Source of the DNA: a virus
Lineage: Duplodnaviria; Caudoviricetes
Strand: one strand, 5' to 3'
Length of the DNA: 28,720 bases
Virus record (IMG/VR): IMGVR_UViG_3300040985_001718
Coordinates: 1-28,720 of that record
Shown: piece by piece, positions 26,401 through 28,720 of the stretch
Layout of the letters: every line of letters begins with the position of its first letter
Numbering within the stretch: position 1 is the stretch's first letter
Translations under genes and position numbers: made by a program
The notes under the pieces: generated by a model
What the model was told of the DNA's origin: nothing
The model's database searches: none
What the model saw: the letters and a program-made list of their open reading frames with translations, nothing else

Positions 26401-26545
26401 CAACCGCCTTAGAAAGCTGCGCCGTTGCCCCTGCTGCACCAAGAGCTGAACCCTTTACCTTATTTGCCGATGCACCAAAAGAAGCCGCGCCCGCCGCCGC
26501 TCCTCTTGCGTCAATCCCTAGCCTGAGTGTTTTGACCGTTACCAT
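23453..26545 (-). CDS. Tape measure protein (TP901 / PhageMin_Tail type)
   Basis: About 1030 aa, Ala-rich; LGATTRFTA.QAA, GIKGSMAGT and C-terminal AEAG.PEAVMPLKR..G.LGV. Confidence 0.95.
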   Translation of the reverse strand: MVTVKTLRLGIDARGAAAGAASFGASANKVKGSALGAAGATAQLSKAVAALAAYATLGSAIRVIAGYEERLVVLGKVSGATAAQLELLEKKTKQLGATTRFTAEQAAEGSLELARAGFTVNEQLVALEDTLALATAAELELGEASGFVANTLRQFSLEAGEAARVADTLLVASNNANMDVRQLAESMSYAGTISATFGISVEKTAVAIGALADVGIKGSMAGTNYRGVLLSLADPTEKVIKGLRKLGLEYEDVNPATNDLFEVSAKLSDGFGSLSNAYDAAGIAAQIFGRRNAAAAIALGLATEKMTENWEEVEKSKNAHLEMAEAMDKTIIGKFNALKSATQALMIETGDAGLTGAIKGLLDTMTDAIRILGGMEGALDDAGTAAKLAAAAIAGLALSGGVAGAAKLTLGIQKLAFALAGASFAASSFILPAALLGGAIAVLAINTDTAATSAKEAEKSFRAAFVASEDLRRSVSEMSEKDYVKSMAEGGKAAEEAIATRIKQLEGLIEFASKQDEIAKSRVGDLIPGAAALAALPPGMGQQLRSREVQPQLGLEDFGPTTLYQSEDVIKLAEARKKALETLEDDLKNAGVAQEAFNLLQKDAADGMAKYISGVNQEIGVLLQFGETAKDTATKQMVARELLKAEQEKGGELTQMEATKVMLLARAREWLNGVIKKQIDLETESQAQAQESADKLSAHAKGVAEMRAELEQKIEIEKALAEGRTAAATDAQFDLELMRRRIILGDSEAESLKLLNAELQRLIEKRKDEGEASAQTYDRTQSGVETLQKEIAQRKLLVDSVGMTAESYSKSTERAEIMAEAQALLTNASDEQAIQIKAARDALLGYVDAAYEAEQQMRLIYEGQNAFVDMFSDIITGSESAGDAFEAFSRRMVAAMTEMILKRALMNAFFGGIGADANPGAGGASTGVNLSRGGSFDGGGRRFAMGDVFTQTTPVSYPGGHGVIAEAGSPEAVMPLKRDGKGNLGVVAAGGGGGQTVNNYNVIIKAADYESFRKSRRQISDDFRRMGARN

Positions 26546-26891
26546 TACCCCCCCCAGGGTTCGACTCACCCTGCGACTTGAACCACTGCCGGTATTCCAA
26601 ATCTAGGCGAGTCAGGTACGCATCGTACCTTATGCGCTCGTCAAAATCCTCTATCCCGTGGATCGTGAAGAATGCAAGTAGCTTTTCCTGGGAAATCGGC
26701 TCAAGTCCATTCGGCCCGCACCTTTCCGCGTGCAGCTTCCAGAATGCAGCCCAATAGGGGAAAGCATCGGGGTAGGGTTCCGCTCGATCTTCAAGAATCG
26801 GCAGGTATGCACCGCGCTCTGCGGCAGCTTCCAGGTCGGCTAAATGCTCGCCATAGTCCAGCTTCCAGAGCAGCGCGGCAGCTAGTTTCCC
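26511..26891 (-). CDS. Tail assembly chaperone T segment, reached by -1 frameshift
   Basis: Open -1 frame after GGGAAAC with no start codon: KLAAALLWKLDYG...YWAAFWKLHAER..GLEPI...LTRLDLEY. Confidence 0.8.
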   Translation of the reverse strand, partial: GKLAAALLWKLDYGEHLADLEAAAERGAYLPILEDRAEPYPDAFPYWAAFWKLHAERCGPNGLEPISQEKLLAFFTIHGIEDFDERIRYDAYLTRLDLEYRQWFKSQGESNPGGGNGNGQNTQARD

Positions 26892-27283
26892 GCCGTATCC
26901 TCAGCCACTACTCGCCGGTAGTTCTCGGCGGAGTAGGCCACCTGCTGAACAAAGCCATACAGATCTTGCAGTTCTTCATCCTCGAAAAACTCTAGGGCTT
27001 GCTCGCTGGAATACTCAAGCGGTGAGCCGTCTTCAGCCTCCAAATCGCGCCAGTCCAGCAGCAATGTTTCAGCCGCAGCTTTCTTGGCCACAGTTTCGGC
27101 CATTCCGCCGTTGTTGCCTTCCTCGCGCACAATATGAAGCACAGGCTCCAAGTGCTTTTGCATCGCGGCGGCATGTTTCGGATTGTTGGCTCGTGCGATC
27201 AGTAATTCTATGCCGTTCCAACTCTTCCAAACGCCTTTCAGTTCCTTTTCAGTATCAACTCGGATTCGTGAGAGTTTTACCAT
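26882..27283 (-). CDS. Tail assembly chaperone G
   Basis: Between tail tube and tape measure; E..GVW, LLIARANNP, LLLDW......G.PLEYS. The start could alternatively be 27295. Confidence 0.85.
   Translation of the reverse strand: MVKLSRIRVDTEKELKGVWKSWNGIELLIARANNPKHAAAMQKHLEPVLHIVREEGNNGGMAETVAKKAAAETLLLDWRDLEAEDGSPLEYSSEQALEFFEDEELQDLYGFVQQVAYSAENYRRVVAEDTAGN
26885..26891 (-). other. -1 ribosomal slippery site G GGA AAC
   Basis: X XXY YYZ heptamer, correctly phased, immediately before the TAG of the chaperone gene. Confidence 0.85.
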
Positions 27284-27300
27284 GACCCGAATCATAACGA

Positions 27301-27328
27301 AAAAGGGAAGGGGCCGAAACCCCCTCCC
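27301..27328 (-). terminator. Intrinsic terminator after the tail tube gene
   Basis: GGGAGGGGGT-ttcg-GCCCCTTCCC-TTTT. Confidence 0.8.
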
Positions 27329-27354
27329 AACTACGAATCCATCCCCCCGTGCGC

Positions 27355-28551
27355 TTACGCGCTCGCGGTCTTAGCGATCTTCATTGTGGCTGCGGTGCCG
27401 CTGTGATAGCGGGCTTCCCAACTCAGATCAGCGATGATGTCCTGATTTCGACCGCCCGCAACCCTTCGCCCATCGGTGTAGCGAACATTTGGCCAGTCGT
27501 AAATGTTGGCGTTGCCCTTGGTGGTGGCTTGATCCCGTACTGCAAAGGCGAGCTTGGAGTCCGCCTGGTTGATGAACTTGTCGAACAGCGTTTCGGTGGC
27601 AAAATAAGCCTTGAGGTTTCCGCTCACGATGAAATCGCCCTGCTTGAATGCGCTCGCGCCAAAAGTGCCTTGCGCGTAACGCTTGCGAATGTTGTTTTGC
27701 ACCTGGAAGGATACGCCTAGAGCGGTCACGCCCGCGTAGTTCGAGCCTTCCCTGATCCAATCGCAGTTCTTAGGCGAAACATAGGCATCAGTCGCAGACG
27801 GCAGAACATCGGCGGAAATCGGGCTTGTGTTTGACGTCGCGCCGAACCCCAGGAAATCGAAGTTTTGCTTCATCGTCTCCTGCCCCTCACTCCCGAAGCT
27901 CCAGCCGTCAATGGCCATTCCTACGAAAAGCTCAGACTGGCTAGAAAGGTCGGTGTAGTTGCGCTGAATGGAGAGAGTGGTCAGCGTTTCCCCGTTGGTA
28001 ATCGAAGACATGACCACGATGGTCAGCGAAACGGAACTTTCGTCCGCGCCGATGTCGGTTTCCACGGTAAAAGTGTTGCTAGTCGCAATGGACTCTACCT
28101 TGTGGTAGCCGTTGGAAGCCGCATTTGCTGCGCCGGAGATGTAGACCCAATCGCCTACAGCCGGATCATTTGCCCAAGTGCTGGCATCCAATGCAAACGT
28201 GCGGCTAGTTGCCGTGATGGAGACAGCGGCTGCTGCTGCTACGCTCAGGTCAGCGCTTGAATTCGACCATGCGGACGCACCTAGCGCCCATTGCTGCATG
28301 TGCGCCGAACCGGCGTAGTTGTCGTCGTAATAGCCGTTCATATTGATGGAACCGCCCGCGCTCTTGTTGATCCAGTGCAGATCGCGGGTATCGCGCAAAG
28401 AGCGGATCTCATCTGAGCGGGTTACGTCGTTAGTGTGCTTTAACGAATCGCTGAGAGTCCGCAAGGTTCCCCAGGTTCCAGCTTCGCCGGGACTCGTTCC
28501 GAACGTCGATTCGGCTGCGATGGTGATGTCTACTTGATTGCTATCGGCCAT
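27355..28551 (-). CDS. Major tail (tube) protein with an inserted beta domain
   Basis: ESTFGTSP, SDEIRS.R, AGG.I, VSGNLKAYF....LFDKFINQ; position before the chaperones. Confidence 0.88.
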   Translation of the reverse strand: MADSNQVDITIAAESTFGTSPGEAGTWGTLRTLSDSLKHTNDVTRSDEIRSLRDTRDLHWINKSAGGSINMNGYYDDNYAGSAHMQQWALGASAWSNSSADLSVAAAAAVSITATSRTFALDASTWANDPAVGDWVYISGAANAASNGYHKVESIATSNTFTVETDIGADESSVSLTIVVMSSITNGETLTTLSIQRNYTDLSSQSELFVGMAIDGWSFGSEGQETMKQNFDFLGFGATSNTSPISADVLPSATDAYVSPKNCDWIREGSNYAGVTALGVSFQVQNNIRKRYAQGTFGASAFKQGDFIVSGNLKAYFATETLFDKFINQADSKLAFAVRDQATTKGNANIYDWPNVRYTDGRRVAGGRNQDIIADLSWEARYHSGTAATMKIAKTASA

Positions 28552-28555
28552 GTTT

Positions 28556-28720
28556 CTATGCGTCGTTTGTCCAGAAGGGAGTCCTTACGTTGATCTGCCA
28601 GAAAGCGCCTGATCGGCCTACCGGCGTAACCGTTGGGGTTCGGAAATCTACTCGCGCACCGCTTAGGGTGATGTCTGACTGCTTGAACTCTGCTACGAAA
28701 AGATCCGCGAAATCCAACCC
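28556..28720 (-). CDS. Tail terminator/completion protein (DUF4128-like), C-terminal part
   Basis: Read by hand: ...FADLFVAEFKQ...VDFRTPTVTPVGRSGAFWQINVRTPF. Confidence 0.7.
   Translation of the reverse strand, partial: GLDFADLFVAEFKQSDITLSGARVDFRTPTVTPVGRSGAFWQINVRTPFWTNDA

Noticed and set aside
1-28720. Stop-codon reassignment or diversity-generating retroelement
   Set aside because: Genes are intact in the standard code with TAG, TGA and TAA all at real gene ends. No reverse transcriptase or TR/VR pair was seen by eye.

Overview
This window covers most of a tailed dsDNA phage genome (siphovirus-like, with a GTA/roseophage-type tail tip) and is cut through the structural operon at both edges. 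The left minus strand carries ParB-like, Mom-like acyltransferase, terminase small and large subunits, portal and minor head genes. The centre holds two divergent early arms. The leftward arm has YqaJ exonuclease, a C5 DNA methyltransferase with a nested second ORF, RecT and several HTH proteins. The rightward arm has an HTH protein, an iteron-like origin, an SMC-like ATPase and DUF551. The right minus strand carries tail terminator, tail tube, G/GT chaperones with a -1 frameshift site, tape measure, distal tail, hub, NlpC/P60, a split megatron-like protein, a DUF2793 fibre and four small membrane proteins. No integrase, capsid or endolysin gene is visible. The main new observation is a candidate ~65-nt sRNA (12824-12890) between a promoter-like element and a terminator. 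Its predicted unpaired linker UCACUCAU is exactly complementary to the AUGAGUGA start of six early genes, five of which look leaderless. Family assignments come from motif recognition by eye; no database searches were run.
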